Shown piece after piece: positions 18,087-28,076 of a DNA stretch of 64,000 bases (positions are counted from its first letter, which is position 1; each line of letters opens with the position of its first letter). A program made the translations under genes and the position numbers. The notes under the pieces are model-generated. The model saw only the letters and a list, made by a program, of their open reading frames with translations. It had not been told where the DNA came from and did no database searches. Origin of the DNA: Thermodesulfovibrionales bacterium (GTDB taxonomy: Bacteria; Nitrospirota; Thermodesulfovibrionia; Thermodesulfovibrionales; UBA6898); NCBI GenBank assembly GCA_044450345.1, contig JBIOIY010000002.1, positions 1-64,000 on the forward strand. The letters are read 5' to 3'.

Positions 18087-18121
18087 AGGGGAGCAGGCCC
18101 AAAAGCCTGTTCCCCTTTTTT
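18087..18121 (+). terminator. Intrinsic terminator after acs
   Basis: AGGGGAGCAGGC-CCAAAA-GCCTGTTCCCCT followed by a T run. Confidence 0.8.
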
Positions 18122-18158
18122 ATTAGTAGATTGTTAGAATATCAGGCGATAATGCGAG

Positions 18159-18716
18159 GTGAAGATGGATAAGTTTTTTCTTGAAAAGAGTGAAGCTGTT
18201 TTGGTTTTAGTCGATATTCAGGAGAGACTCGCCGCGGTGATGAGTGAACGAAAGAAGGTCATCGACAACTGCCTGCACCTGATCGAGTTGTCGAAGCTCC
18301 TTGGTCTGCCGGTCATACTGAACGAGCAGTATCCCAAGGGGCTCGGTCCTACCGTGAGCGAGATAAGGGATGCGCTTCAGCCGTATGAGCCGCTTGAGAA
18401 ACTTACCTTCAGCTGCTGCAAGGGGCCGGCCTTTCCGGAAAGACTCGCCGCCGCCGGAAAGAAAAAAATCATTCTTGTCGGAATGGAGACCCACGTCTGT
18501 GTCCTTCAATCCTGCATCGGCCTTTTGGCTGCTGGATACGAGGTCCACGCGGTCAGCGATGCCATCTGTTCCAGGACGAGTGAGAACTTCCGGACCGCCA
18601 TCGAGTTCATGCGCGACGCAGGGGCTGTGATCACCTGTACCGAGACAGTTCTCTTTCAGTTACTTGATAAGGCGGGGACAGAAGAATTCAAGATCATATC
18701 GAAGAGGATTAAGTAG
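18159..18716 (+). CDS. Isochorismatase family hydrolase
   Basis: VDIQERL, EQYPKGLGPT, EKLTFSC and GMETHVCV motifs. Confidence 0.9.
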   Translation: MKMDKFFLEKSEAVLVLVDIQERLAAVMSERKKVIDNCLHLIELSKLLGLPVILNEQYPKGLGPTVSEIRDALQPYEPLEKLTFSCCKGPAFPERLAAAGKKKIILVGMETHVCVLQSCIGLLAAGYEVHAVSDAICSRTSENFRTAIEFMRDAGAVITCTETVLFQLLDKAGTEEFKIISKRIK

Positions 18717-18771
18717 GGGTTACCGGCAGGCTTTATTTGTAGACGCCGCTACTATCTTGTATAATATCTTC

Positions 18772-19011
18772 ATGTGTTTAGCTATTCCATCGAAGATCGT
18801 CAGGATCGACAACATGGTCGCCACGGTCGATGTCTATGGCGCGCGGCGGGACGTCAACCTGATGCTTATGCCGGAAGATGTCGGAATCGGCGATTATGTG
18901 CTTGTGCATGCTGGTTTCGCCCTCCAGAAGGTAGATCAGGACATTGCTGAGGAGTCGCTCAAAATGATCAAAGAGACCTTCGAGCAATCTCCTGACGAGT
19001 CATTTCTCTGA
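18772..19011 (+). CDS. hypC: Hydrogenase maturation chaperone HypC/HupF
   Basis: MCLAIP start and GDYVLVHAGFA motif; true start is ATG 18772. Confidence 0.93.
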   Translation: MCLAIPSKIVRIDNMVATVDVYGARRDVNLMLMPEDVGIGDYVLVHAGFALQKVDQDIAEESLKMIKETFEQSPDESFL

Positions 19012-19014
19012 GTT

Positions 19015-19560
19015 ATGGTCAAGAACGACCGGTGGATAATAGAGATGGCAGAGAAGGGTATGATCGAGCCATTCAATACCGAGCAGGTCAGGAAGGGCGT
19101 GATATCCTTCGGCGTCAGCTCTTATGGCTACGATATACGGATATCCGATGAGTTCAAGATACCCAGTCCCGGCGGCGGAATTATCGATCCCAAGAACTTC
19201 AACGACTCTCACTTCCGCGATTATAGGGGTGATATCTGTGAGATGCCGGCGAATTCATATGTGATCTGCAGGTCTCTTGAATATCTCAGGATACCGAGAG
19301 AGACGCTTGTGCTCTGTTTCGGAAAATCCACCTACGCAAGGTCGGGGGTCCTGGTTAATATTACCCCGCTTGAACCCGAATGGGAAGGCCATGTCACAAT
19401 TTCAGTCTCGAACACGTCTCCTTTTCCTGTCAGATTATACGCAAACGAAGGGATTGCCCAGATCGTTTTCATCGAGGCGAAAGACCTCTGTGAGGTCTCA
19501 TACGCCGACAAGAAGGGAAAATATCAGGCGCAAAAGGGGATCGTCCTTCCTAAGGTCTGA
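19015..19560 (+). CDS. dcd: dCTP deaminase
   Basis: ISFGVSSYGYD, GKSTYARSG, TPLEPEWEG and YANEGIAQ motifs. Confidence 0.95.
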   Translation: MVKNDRWIIEMAEKGMIEPFNTEQVRKGVISFGVSSYGYDIRISDEFKIPSPGGGIIDPKNFNDSHFRDYRGDICEMPANSYVICRSLEYLRIPRETLVLCFGKSTYARSGVLVNITPLEPEWEGHVTISVSNTSPFPVRLYANEGIAQIVFIEAKDLCEVSYADKKGKYQAQKGIVLPKV

Positions 19561-19646
19561 ATTCTTTTCATCGGATCTGTGTGAGTTGCTTTTAAGACTG
19601 TTATGCCTTCACAATAAGGGATTTACTCTTATGCATTTTATGAGGG

Positions 19647-20375
19647 ATGGTTAAGATGGAGATCAATGAAAAATTAATACTGGCTCTCGACATCTCTGAT
19701 GAGGGTTATGCCATAGAACTTATTGATAAATTCAGTAGTTATATAAGTATATTTAAAGTTGGACTTGAACTGTTTACAGCAGCAGGTCCGTCCATTGTGC
19801 TTGAGATACAGAAGAGGGACAGAAGGGTATTTCTAGATCTGAAGTTCCATGACATACCGAATACCGTTTCGAAGGCCGGCATCTCAGCAGCGAGGTTAGG
19901 GGTCTTTATGTTTAATGTGCACGCATCGGGTGGACTTGATATGATGAAGAAATGCAGTGAAGATGTCGTCAATGTCTGTCTGAAAGAGAACCTCAACAGG
20001 CCGAGAATCCTCGCGGTGACCGTATTGACCAGCATGTCCCAGCATGTCCTCAGGGACGAAGTCGGCATTCAGCATAGTCTGAATACACATGTCAGGCATC
20101 TATCGGGACTTGCGCTAAAAGCCGGTCTCGACGGTGTGGTTGCATCGGGCCGGGAGGCCGCCATGGTGAGGGGCCACTGCGGAAGGGGGTTTCTCGTTGT
20201 TACTCCCGGCATCAGGACATCGTGGACACCGGTTGATGACCAGATGAGAACCATGACGCCGAGGGACGCGCTGAGACAAGGCGCGGACTATATCGTCATG
20301 GGCCGATCAATATTGAACCAGCCGGATCCGATAAAAGCCATTGAACTGATCGGCGCAGAAATGCAGTCAGCCTGA
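19647..20375 (+). CDS. pyrF: Orotidine-5'-phosphate decarboxylase
   Basis: FKVGLELF, FLDLKFHDIPNT and VTPGIR motifs. Confidence 0.95.
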   Translation: MVKMEINEKLILALDISDEGYAIELIDKFSSYISIFKVGLELFTAAGPSIVLEIQKRDRRVFLDLKFHDIPNTVSKAGISAARLGVFMFNVHASGGLDMMKKCSEDVVNVCLKENLNRPRILAVTVLTSMSQHVLRDEVGIQHSLNTHVRHLSGLALKAGLDGVVASGREAAMVRGHCGRGFLVVTPGIRTSWTPVDDQMRTMTPRDALRQGADYIVMGRSILNQPDPIKAIELIGAEMQSA

Positions 20376-20390
20376 GCTTTACCGCCTGCT

Positions 20391-21848
20391 ATGCGGACAG
20401 ATATTTTTCCTCCTCTTTTTAAAGAAATACCGTTCGAAAGACCGGACATCGTCTACCGTAGACTGAGATCAAAGAACAGCTTTCTCCTCGAGAGTGTCAA
20501 AGGGTCGGGGAAGACGGCCGGATATTCCTTTATCGGCATTCAACCGTATCTGATACTCAAGGTCAGGGAAGGTGTAATCGAGATAGAACTCGACGGTAAA
20601 AAAACAGTGTCTTCGAGAAAACCCCTGTCCCGGCTGAGGGAACTGCTTCAGGCTTACAAGCAGCGTCCGGCGGCAGGACTGCCTCCTTTTCAGGGCGGGG
20701 CTGTGGGGATGCTTACCTATGATTTCGTGCAGTATATCGAGAAACTTCCGAAAAGTGCAGCAGACGATCTCGGGCTCCCAGAGGCGCATTTCTTTATGAT
20801 CGACAAGCTTGTGGCTTTTGACCACGTGAGCTCCAGAAGCTGGATAATTGTATGTCCCGGCGCGAGAAAAACAGCCCTCGGATATTCCGAGATCGATGGG
20901 GACAAAGACTCGTGCATAAAGGAAGCCGAAGAAGAGCTGGAAAAGATGGCCGTGCTGATTGAAGAGGACAGCCCTTTTTTTGATGAAGAGGGCATCACCT
21001 CTTTTCGCGGGAGCTCTCCTGCAATTGAAATCAAGGAGGATACCGGTAAGGAGCGATATATTGCGATGGTGAAGAAGGCCAAGGAGTATATCGCGGCCGG
21101 GGACATCTTTCAGGCCAACCTGTCGCTTCGGCTGAGCGCTGAAATAGGTGACAGGGACCCCTGGCAGCTATACTCGATTCTCCGTGAGATCAACCCTTCC
21201 CCTTTTTCTTCATTCATCGATTTCGACGATTATCAGATTGTCAGTTCTTCACCTGAACGGCTTGTGCGGGTTAAAGACGGCGTGGTCGATACGCGGCCGA
21301 TAGCGGGAACAAGGCCGCGCGGAGGCAATCGCATCGAAGATGAGTTGATGCGCTCGGAACTTCTGCTTAATGAAAAAGAGAGGGCGGAGCATATAATGCT
21401 GATCGACCTCGAAAGGAACGACATCGGGAAGGTCTCCGATTACGGCACCGTCGGCGTGGATGAGCTTATGGTGACCGAGGACTATTCGCATGTGATGCAT
21501 ATAGTCTCAAACGTGAGGGGGCGGCTTGCAAAGGGCAAAGATTGTTTCGATGTAATAAAGGCGACATTTCCCGGAGGGACCATAACAGGCGTTCCGAAGG
21601 TCAGATGCATGGAGATCATCGATGAGATCGAACCGGTGAGGAGGGGGCCTTATACAGGCTCGCTCGGATATATAGGCTTTAGCGGGAACATGGACCTCAA
21701 TATCATAATAAGGACCTTTCTCATCAAGGACCGCTGTGCTTATATACAGGCCGGAGCCGGCATTGTTGCCGATTCCGACCCCGAGCGCGAATACTCCGAG
21801 AGTTTGAAAAAGGCCGAGGCGCTGATGAGGGCGCTCGAACAAATATAG
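20391..21848 (+). CDS. Anthranilate synthase component I / PabB family chorismate-binding enzyme
   Basis: LLES, GDIFQANLS, NPSPF, SSSPE, PIAGTR and FPGGTITGVPK motifs. TrpE versus PabB not resolved. Confidence 0.9.
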   Translation: MRTDIFPPLFKEIPFERPDIVYRRLRSKNSFLLESVKGSGKTAGYSFIGIQPYLILKVREGVIEIELDGKKTVSSRKPLSRLRELLQAYKQRPAAGLPPFQGGAVGMLTYDFVQYIEKLPKSAADDLGLPEAHFFMIDKLVAFDHVSSRSWIIVCPGARKTALGYSEIDGDKDSCIKEAEEELEKMAVLIEEDSPFFDEEGITSFRGSSPAIEIKEDTGKERYIAMVKKAKEYIAAGDIFQANLSLRLSAEIGDRDPWQLYSILREINPSPFSSFIDFDDYQIVSSSPERLVRVKDGVVDTRPIAGTRPRGGNRIEDELMRSELLLNEKERAEHIMLIDLERNDIGKVSDYGTVGVDELMVTEDYSHVMHIVSNVRGRLAKGKDCFDVIKATFPGGTITGVPKVRCMEIIDEIEPVRRGPYTGSLGYIGFSGNMDLNIIIRTFLIKDRCAYIQAGAGIVADSDPEREYSESLKKAEALMRALEQI

Positions 21849-21938
21849 CATCAACTATCCAGGGTCTGAAATAGTACGAGAAACTCTGCTCTCCCTCTTC
21901 TGCTCTGATTGCTCTTGAGCGGCTGCCTGAGCTGAAAT

Positions 21939-24773
21939 CTAACCGGTTACCCATTGTGTTCCGCAGATGTACTGGAAGACGCACTTCGGGCAACTGTTCT
22001 TCCTGTTCGAGGTGGCGGCAAATGGGACCGCCGGGTCAACTATCTCTTCCAGAAGACCCAGGATTACCGTTCTTAATCCGTCGAACTTCGGAATCTCATC
22101 ATCTGTATCGAACAAAGGAAGTTCGATCTCTTTGTTGATCAAGGACCGGCCGAGGAGCAAAAAAATTCCTCTCAGGTCCTCTGTTTTTATGCCGTAGCGC
22201 TTAGAATATAGGATGAGATAAAAAGGAAGCTGAAGGCTGCCGACCGCTTCATCCCAGGTATCTCTACTATCCGGATCAAGCTTGTTGAAGTTGATCTTCA
22301 GGTTCTTTGCATAGGAACCGCTTTTATAATCGACTATGCAGATCTTACCGTCCCTTTTTTCGACTAAGTCCAGCCGACCTTTGAGTTTGTAAGAGTTGAG
22401 AGTCGCTTCGATAGACTCTTCTACCCCGATAATCGTCACTTTATTCTCTTTGATGAGAGGTATGCGGTACTTGCTGAGATAGTCTCCCAGATGAACTTTG
22501 ATCTGGGCTTTCAGAAGGTACACGGCTCCGGCGGGGTTAGTGCCGTATTCCCTCCCGAAAAGATCGTCGATCAAATTGTCCATCTCTTCCAAATCGATAT
22601 CCTCTTTTTTTAGAACTCTATTCAGCCTTCCTGAAAAATATGATGAAATAACACGGTGGACGAACTTGCCGACATCGGCTCTTTCGATTTCCCCTGTGAT
22701 CTCCTCTTTTTTCCCGAGATCGAGTACGTAGCGGTAGTAGAACTGAAGCGGGCAATGGAGATATGTGTCAAGGGCTGTGGCAGTATATGTGAAATCCGTC
22801 AAGAAGCTTACTACCCTGTCGGATTTAGGAATGCCGGCCGGGGTATCATTCCCGAGCTTTACTTTGTACTGGACAGCCTGCACATAATCACTTGCTCTGG
22901 TAGATTTGTCCCTTTTCTGTCTGTCCCATAGGAGGCTTTCCACGAAGCGTGATCTCTCCTTAGTATCATTTTCTACAAAGAAAATGTGGACTTCCCTGGC
23001 GCCTCTTACGAGAGTATTGAAATAGTAGGCAGACAGCCTGTCCCTGTCCAAATAGGTCGGCAGTTTCAAGATTTCTCGCGCCTTGAAAGGCAGAAGCGTA
23101 TCTTCTTTAGAAGTGTTGGGGATCACCTCTTCATTCGCATCGAGGATAAAAACAGTGTCGAACCTGATGTTTCTCGTTTCAAGGAAGCCAAGGATCTGGA
23201 CACCCTTAAGAGGAGTGCCCGGAAAGGGCACGTGACCCGTCATAATGTATTTTCTAAAAAATGTGAAATAGCTCGTCCTGTCCGCAAACGACATGTCCTT
23301 CATCAAGGATTTGGAGACAGTGTTCAAGGCCCTTATGAAGGACTCCGAAAAAGGGTAGAAGAGGGGATGAAGACGGGCCGTACTGTTATTGAAGACAAAT
23401 GTGAGAAGTTCGGTGCATTTTTCGGCGAAGTCCCCGATATGCCTGAAGGAGAGAAATTTCTCAATCGTGTTGAGATGGACCATCCTTAAGTGTTCTCTGA
23501 TCTCAGCCCTGGTCATGCCTTCTTCTTCCTGGCTAAGCTTTCCGGCGATGCCGTTGAGTATCCTTTCGTTGTTTTCTATCCCCGACAGGGTTGCGAACAT
23601 CCTGGTCCTGGATTTCTGGAGTATCTCCTCTATGGTGTGGAACATAATCCTCGTGACCTCGGCGTTTCCCTTGCAGTAAATATTCTTCATATACGGGTGT
23701 AGTATGAACTTCATATAGTCAGGGACGTAAAACCGGTCATCTTCCATGGAACCGATCAATTCCATAAGATTATTAAGAAAGCCGAAGACCGGCGTCCTGT
23801 GCAATGGATATCCGAGAGAGATGTTGAAGTCGTCCTTGTCTATACATGTCATCCCCTGCCGGAGAAGGGGGAAAAGGGTCTCCGAAGACGGCAGTACTAT
23901 TGTGGTCTTTTCGTCGGGCAATACTTTATTCTCAGACTTTCCCCTGAGAATGCTTCCAAGGGCGAAGACCTGGCCGTGGGTATCGGGGCTGCTGTAAAAA
24001 TGGATTTCCGGTTCAGGGTGAGAGGGTCGGGCATAGGTGGCGTCTATTCCCAGTTCCGACAGTTGTTCGCCCAGGCCAGGACCATCCTGGAATATGAAAA
24101 TTACTTTTTCGCCCGGCAACAGCTTCCTGAAAAGGTCCTTCTCGCACCTTGTCAACGCATAGAATCCCGCGAATATCACCTTTTCAAGCCTGTCAATGCC
24201 GCTTTCGAGGATCCTCTCCGCTGCCATGCGGTATCTCATGGACCTGGTCGCCATACCCAATTGGGAAATCTTTTCGTAAAAGGTCTTGTAGAAGAAATGC
24301 AATGATTGAAGCCTCACCAGTGCATGCTTGGGTATCATTTCGTCGGTGAAGGGCTGGATTTCCTTCACCATGGCAGGAGGCACCCCCTCAATAGAGAGCT
24401 CCTCAATGTCCGTGAAAAGCTTTATTCCAAGAGGAAAGAAACTATCGAGAGTGAGGAACCTTTCTCCGCCGAGGGGTTCCGGGGCGCTCCTGTGGATCTG
24501 GTAGAGGATGGCAATGGCATCGACTGTCTCCACATCCTTTACGGGGTGTACGGCTTCCGTAACGTAATCCATAAATCCGTCCATGGACAGAATTAAGGGA
24601 GGTATGAAGCTGCCCTTTCCCCTCTGTGCCAACTCCCTTCGAAGGAAATGCGCCGGTCTTCTGCCCGGAAAAACGACAAGGTTGTGAGAGTAGTCTTTCC
24701 TGGGAGGACCTATAAGACTTGCTGTCTTTTCGATGAGGTTTTCGTGCGGGCCTATGATCAGCGCGGTGCTCAT
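21939..24773 (-). CDS. addB: AddB-like PD-(D/E)XK nuclease subunit
   Basis: Inactive helicase-like body; C-terminal GRLD..VDYKS nuclease motif; four Cys (YLHCP...CPKC...C). Confidence 0.8.
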   Translation of the reverse strand: MSTALIIGPHENLIEKTASLIGPPRKDYSHNLVVFPGRRPAHFLRRELAQRGKGSFIPPLILSMDGFMDYVTEAVHPVKDVETVDAIAILYQIHRSAPEPLGGERFLTLDSFFPLGIKLFTDIEELSIEGVPPAMVKEIQPFTDEMIPKHALVRLQSLHFFYKTFYEKISQLGMATRSMRYRMAAERILESGIDRLEKVIFAGFYALTRCEKDLFRKLLPGEKVIFIFQDGPGLGEQLSELGIDATYARPSHPEPEIHFYSSPDTHGQVFALGSILRGKSENKVLPDEKTTIVLPSSETLFPLLRQGMTCIDKDDFNISLGYPLHRTPVFGFLNNLMELIGSMEDDRFYVPDYMKFILHPYMKNIYCKGNAEVTRIMFHTIEEILQKSRTRMFATLSGIENNERILNGIAGKLSQEEEGMTRAEIREHLRMVHLNTIEKFLSFRHIGDFAEKCTELLTFVFNNSTARLHPLFYPFSESFIRALNTVSKSLMKDMSFADRTSYFTFFRKYIMTGHVPFPGTPLKGVQILGFLETRNIRFDTVFILDANEEVIPNTSKEDTLLPFKAREILKLPTYLDRDRLSAYYFNTLVRGAREVHIFFVENDTKERSRFVESLLWDRQKRDKSTRASDYVQAVQYKVKLGNDTPAGIPKSDRVVSFLTDFTYTATALDTYLHCPLQFYYRYVLDLGKKEEITGEIERADVGKFVHRVISSYFSGRLNRVLKKEDIDLEEMDNLIDDLFGREYGTNPAGAVYLLKAQIKVHLGDYLSKYRIPLIKENKVTIIGVEESIEATLNSYKLKGRLDLVEKRDGKICIVDYKSGSYAKNLKINFNKLDPDSRDTWDEAVGSLQLPFYLILYSKRYGIKTEDLRGIFLLLGRSLINKEIELPLFDTDDEIPKFDGLRTVILGLLEEIVDPAVPFAATSNRKNSCPKCVFQYICGTQWVTG

Positions 24774-27700
24774 AATGTCGTGATCTTTCCGAGGTCTATA
24801 TACACGATCCTGCCTTCCAGACGTCTATCAGGATAAATATCCTTCGCGATATTCATATATTTTCTCATTTGTGCCCTGTGTTTCTCATCACCCATGCCTT
24901 CTCCCCCTGTCTTGAAATCCAGGACCGTAACCCTGTCCGGGTCGATCACGACCCTATCCATCCTGAAGAGATGTCCTTCTTCGTCCGAGAATTCCTGCTC
25001 CCTTTTCACCTCTCTTCCGGGCTGCGGATCGAAATAGGTCGCTATCTCTTTGCGTCCGAAGAGGTCAAGAAGAAGCTTTTTTACTCCCCCCGTGACCGAC
25101 TCCGATATTGTTTCCTCGTTGACTTTTCCGATGATGTCCTCAAGCACGCTTTCCATTCCATCGTGCAGATATTCGACGTGGTAAAGGACCCTGTGGATGA
25201 ATTCTCCCCTTGCTCTCTCTTCGATGCTGATCATTTCGTCCGTTCTGACCTCTGCCTCTATCTGTTTAGGGTGATGTCTTGCACTGAAGACCTTAGAAGA
25301 TTTTGCGGCAGGAATGTCACATCTCACAGGTTTCACCGTGGCCGCAAAGTCGCTCGCGGGAAGGAGATCGAAGGGAAATGTCTCGCTTTTGCCCTTTACA
25401 CCGATTACGTAGAGTTCTTCTTCTGCCCGCGTGAATCCGACATACAGGCTATTCAGCCTGTTCACATCTTCCTTTGTCGCCTCCTCTTCATATAGCATCT
25501 CGAACGTGGAATCGCTGAGCATGGTCTTCTTGTTGATCTTGAGCAATCGCACCCCGTTTTCTTCCTCCTCTATGATGTAATCAAACCCCCTGTTCCGGCC
25601 TTCATAGAGAAGGACAATGACTGCGGGGAATCCGAGACCCTTTGCCTTGTGGATTGTCATTACTTTGACGGCGTTCAGGACCTTAGGGACGTCCATATTC
25701 CACTCCGACTCGCCGCTGTCGCTGTCGCCTGCAAAGTCAAGAAAATCCCTTATGCTGTTGCTGCCGGCCCCCTCGAACTCCATGACTGCCTCGAGTATTT
25801 TCACGAGTGCCGCCTCCTCGTCCCCAAGTGTCTCAAAGACCATAAAGACCGCGTACGCCTCTGTCACAAGGTCGTAGATCGGGAAATACCCCGAGGCCTT
25901 GAAAAGGCCGGCAAAGTATCTCTCCCATAAAAGGGGGAATTCTTTTTGGAACGATTTGTAGAGCGGAGGGCTCTCTCTATGTCCAAAGAGAAACTCCCCG
26001 ATCCTCTCCCTGGTAATCTCGGGATGGTCCTTACGCAGCAGGGCGCCGAAGACCTCTCCGTTCATAAAGGTAGAAAAAGAGAGGTCATCCATGGGTGAAT
26101 CGAGGAAGTTCAGCAGCGCCACGATCTCGCCGGTTATCTTCCTTCTCCGTATGTCGAGGTTGCTGTAAGAAATGAAGTCGATGTTCTTCTCGTTAAGCCA
26201 AAGGGTGATCTTTACGACGTCTTCATTTCTCCGGGTCAGTATGGCTATGTCGCCATAGTCGAACCCCCGCGATCTAAGTTCTCCGACGAGGTCCTGTAAG
26301 ACGCGGCGCTCCGGAATTGTTTCGTCGTCCCTTTCCCGCAGAATCACCTCGCAGTATCCCTGAGCGCTGCCATCTCTGGCGCATTGGACGTAGTCGGTCA
26401 GACCGCTTCTGGTACCCGCCTCCTTGTATTTGTCATTTCCCGCCGCGATCTCCTTGAATACCTTCTCATTGAAGGCAAGGATCTTCCTGAGGCTTCTGTA
26501 ATTTGTCGTAAGTTCCTTTACGTATTGCCTGGCGGAAGGGAAGGGGTTGTTGCGTTCGGACTCTCTCATGATCGTGTAGTCGGCGTTGCGGAAGCCGTAG
26601 ATCGCCTGCTTGGTGTCGCCTACGACGAAGAGGCTTCCACCCTGAGACAGAGCGTTCTCGAAAAGGGGGTAGAGGTTGTGCCATTGAATGAGGGAAGTGT
26701 CCTGGAATTCGTCGATCAGGAAGTGGTAGATAGTCTCGCCGATTCTGAAATAGATGTCGGGAACGATTTCCTCGTTAAGGTATTCGGCAAGGTTTCTGCT
26801 GATGTCTTCGATGAATACCTTTCCCTGGCGTCTCTTGACGGATTCGACGATTTCTTTGAACGATTCATATACCTTGAGATACGGCATGGAACGGGAGCGG
26901 ACGAGGAGGGCGATGTATTTGTTTATAAGACCGGCGGCGTTCTCCCACTGTCCGACAATCTGACCGAATGAGGTCTGAAGGGCTGATTGGCCTTTTCCCG
27001 GCTTGTTAACAGGTGGGTTCTTAAGCCCTTTTCCGATCAGGTCCGCGAACCTTCTCTCCCTCACGAGCCCGAGGACCGCATCGAAAGAAGAGTTTGCCCG
27101 TTTTGCAAGTCCTGACTTGAGGATCACCTTTTCAAGGTCCTCGACGGCAGTTCTTATTTCATTCTTTATATCATCAAAAACTCCTGAGTAGTCCTCTGTC
27201 ATAGGGTTCTTGCCGGTCGCCGAGAGCTTTCCATAAAGGTTTTTCACCTCTTCAAGGAGCGCTGATGAGGGGTCCCACATATAGGCTTCCTGGCCCTGTT
27301 TCCCTTCCTGGACCGCTGAGATTATACCGAGAAGGAGTTCCGCCTCTTTTGTGCCCTCCCTGACGCCCCTCAAGAACAGATCGAAAGAGTATTCCATGAG
27401 CGCGTCACTGTTCATAAGGATATCGAACTCTGTGTTGAATCCAAAGTCGATGGCGGACGTCTTGAAGATCGATGTCATGAAGCTGTCTATGGTCCTCACC
27501 TCGAAATCAGCGTAATCCCATAGTATCTCCTCTACCATCTGCCCGGCGCGCTCAGCCAGTTTCTCCCGGTCCATGGAGACCGCCTCAAGCATCTGTTCCG
27601 TTAATTCCGGGTCGCCGAAATGAAGTAATTTGAGCCAGTGCAGGATCCTCCCCTTCATCTCCTTGGAGGCATTGTTCGAGAAGGTAATGGCAAGAATATT

Positions 27701-27853
27701 CCGCAGGTTGTTCTTTGATATTTTTTCGGAAAGAATGAACTGTACGAACCTCTTGGTGAGCATGTGGGTTTTGCCTGAGCCTGCGGAAGCCTTCAGCATA
27801 GTAAAATGAGGGAATTTCAGATCGGAGTCTTTTTCTATAATAGGGATTTCCAC
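24770..27853 (-). CDS. addA: AddA-like UvrD helicase-nuclease
   Basis: ASAGSGKT, IDEFQDTS, VGDTKQAIYGFR, MTIHKAKGL and RMDRV..LDFKTG motifs. Confidence 0.85.
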   Translation of the reverse strand: MEIPIIEKDSDLKFPHFTMLKASAGSGKTHMLTKRFVQFILSEKISKNNLRNILAITFSNNASKEMKGRILHWLKLLHFGDPELTEQMLEAVSMDREKLAERAGQMVEEILWDYADFEVRTIDSFMTSIFKTSAIDFGFNTEFDILMNSDALMEYSFDLFLRGVREGTKEAELLLGIISAVQEGKQGQEAYMWDPSSALLEEVKNLYGKLSATGKNPMTEDYSGVFDDIKNEIRTAVEDLEKVILKSGLAKRANSSFDAVLGLVRERRFADLIGKGLKNPPVNKPGKGQSALQTSFGQIVGQWENAAGLINKYIALLVRSRSMPYLKVYESFKEIVESVKRRQGKVFIEDISRNLAEYLNEEIVPDIYFRIGETIYHFLIDEFQDTSLIQWHNLYPLFENALSQGGSLFVVGDTKQAIYGFRNADYTIMRESERNNPFPSARQYVKELTTNYRSLRKILAFNEKVFKEIAAGNDKYKEAGTRSGLTDYVQCARDGSAQGYCEVILRERDDETIPERRVLQDLVGELRSRGFDYGDIAILTRRNEDVVKITLWLNEKNIDFISYSNLDIRRRKITGEIVALLNFLDSPMDDLSFSTFMNGEVFGALLRKDHPEITRERIGEFLFGHRESPPLYKSFQKEFPLLWERYFAGLFKASGYFPIYDLVTEAYAVFMVFETLGDEEAALVKILEAVMEFEGAGSNSIRDFLDFAGDSDSGESEWNMDVPKVLNAVKVMTIHKAKGLGFPAVIVLLYEGRNRGFDYIIEEEENGVRLLKINKKTMLSDSTFEMLYEEEATKEDVNRLNSLYVGFTRAEEELYVIGVKGKSETFPFDLLPASDFAATVKPVRCDIPAAKSSKVFSARHHPKQIEAEVRTDEMISIEERARGEFIHRVLYHVEYLHDGMESVLEDIIGKVNEETISESVTGGVKKLLLDLFGRKEIATYFDPQPGREVKREQEFSDEEGHLFRMDRVVIDPDRVTVLDFKTGGEGMGDEKHRAQMRKYMNIAKDIYPDRRLEGRIVYIDLGKITTL

Positions 27854-27976
27854 GCTATCTCATAGTACGCTCAAGAGATTTCATTTTTCAACTTTAACTA
27901 CTCGGGTGGATAGCCTGAAGGTAGAAGGCTTTTAGGTACTGGGGCAGTGCGTCTTAAATCTCTTTCCTTATGATCG

Positions 27977-28031
27977 GTCATTCCAGCTTGTCTGGAATCT
28001 TTCAGAAGGATTGCGGACAAGCCGCAATGAC
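27977..28031. repeat. REP-like double hairpin (GTCATT...AATGAC), copy 1
   Basis: GTCATTCCAGCTTGTCTGGAATCT...GGATTGCGGACAAGCCGCAATGAC; homologous to 31235-31293. Confidence 0.75.
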
Positions 28032-28076
28032 AGCCATTTAAGCCACATTATGTAAAGAAGCGTTGGAATCACTACA

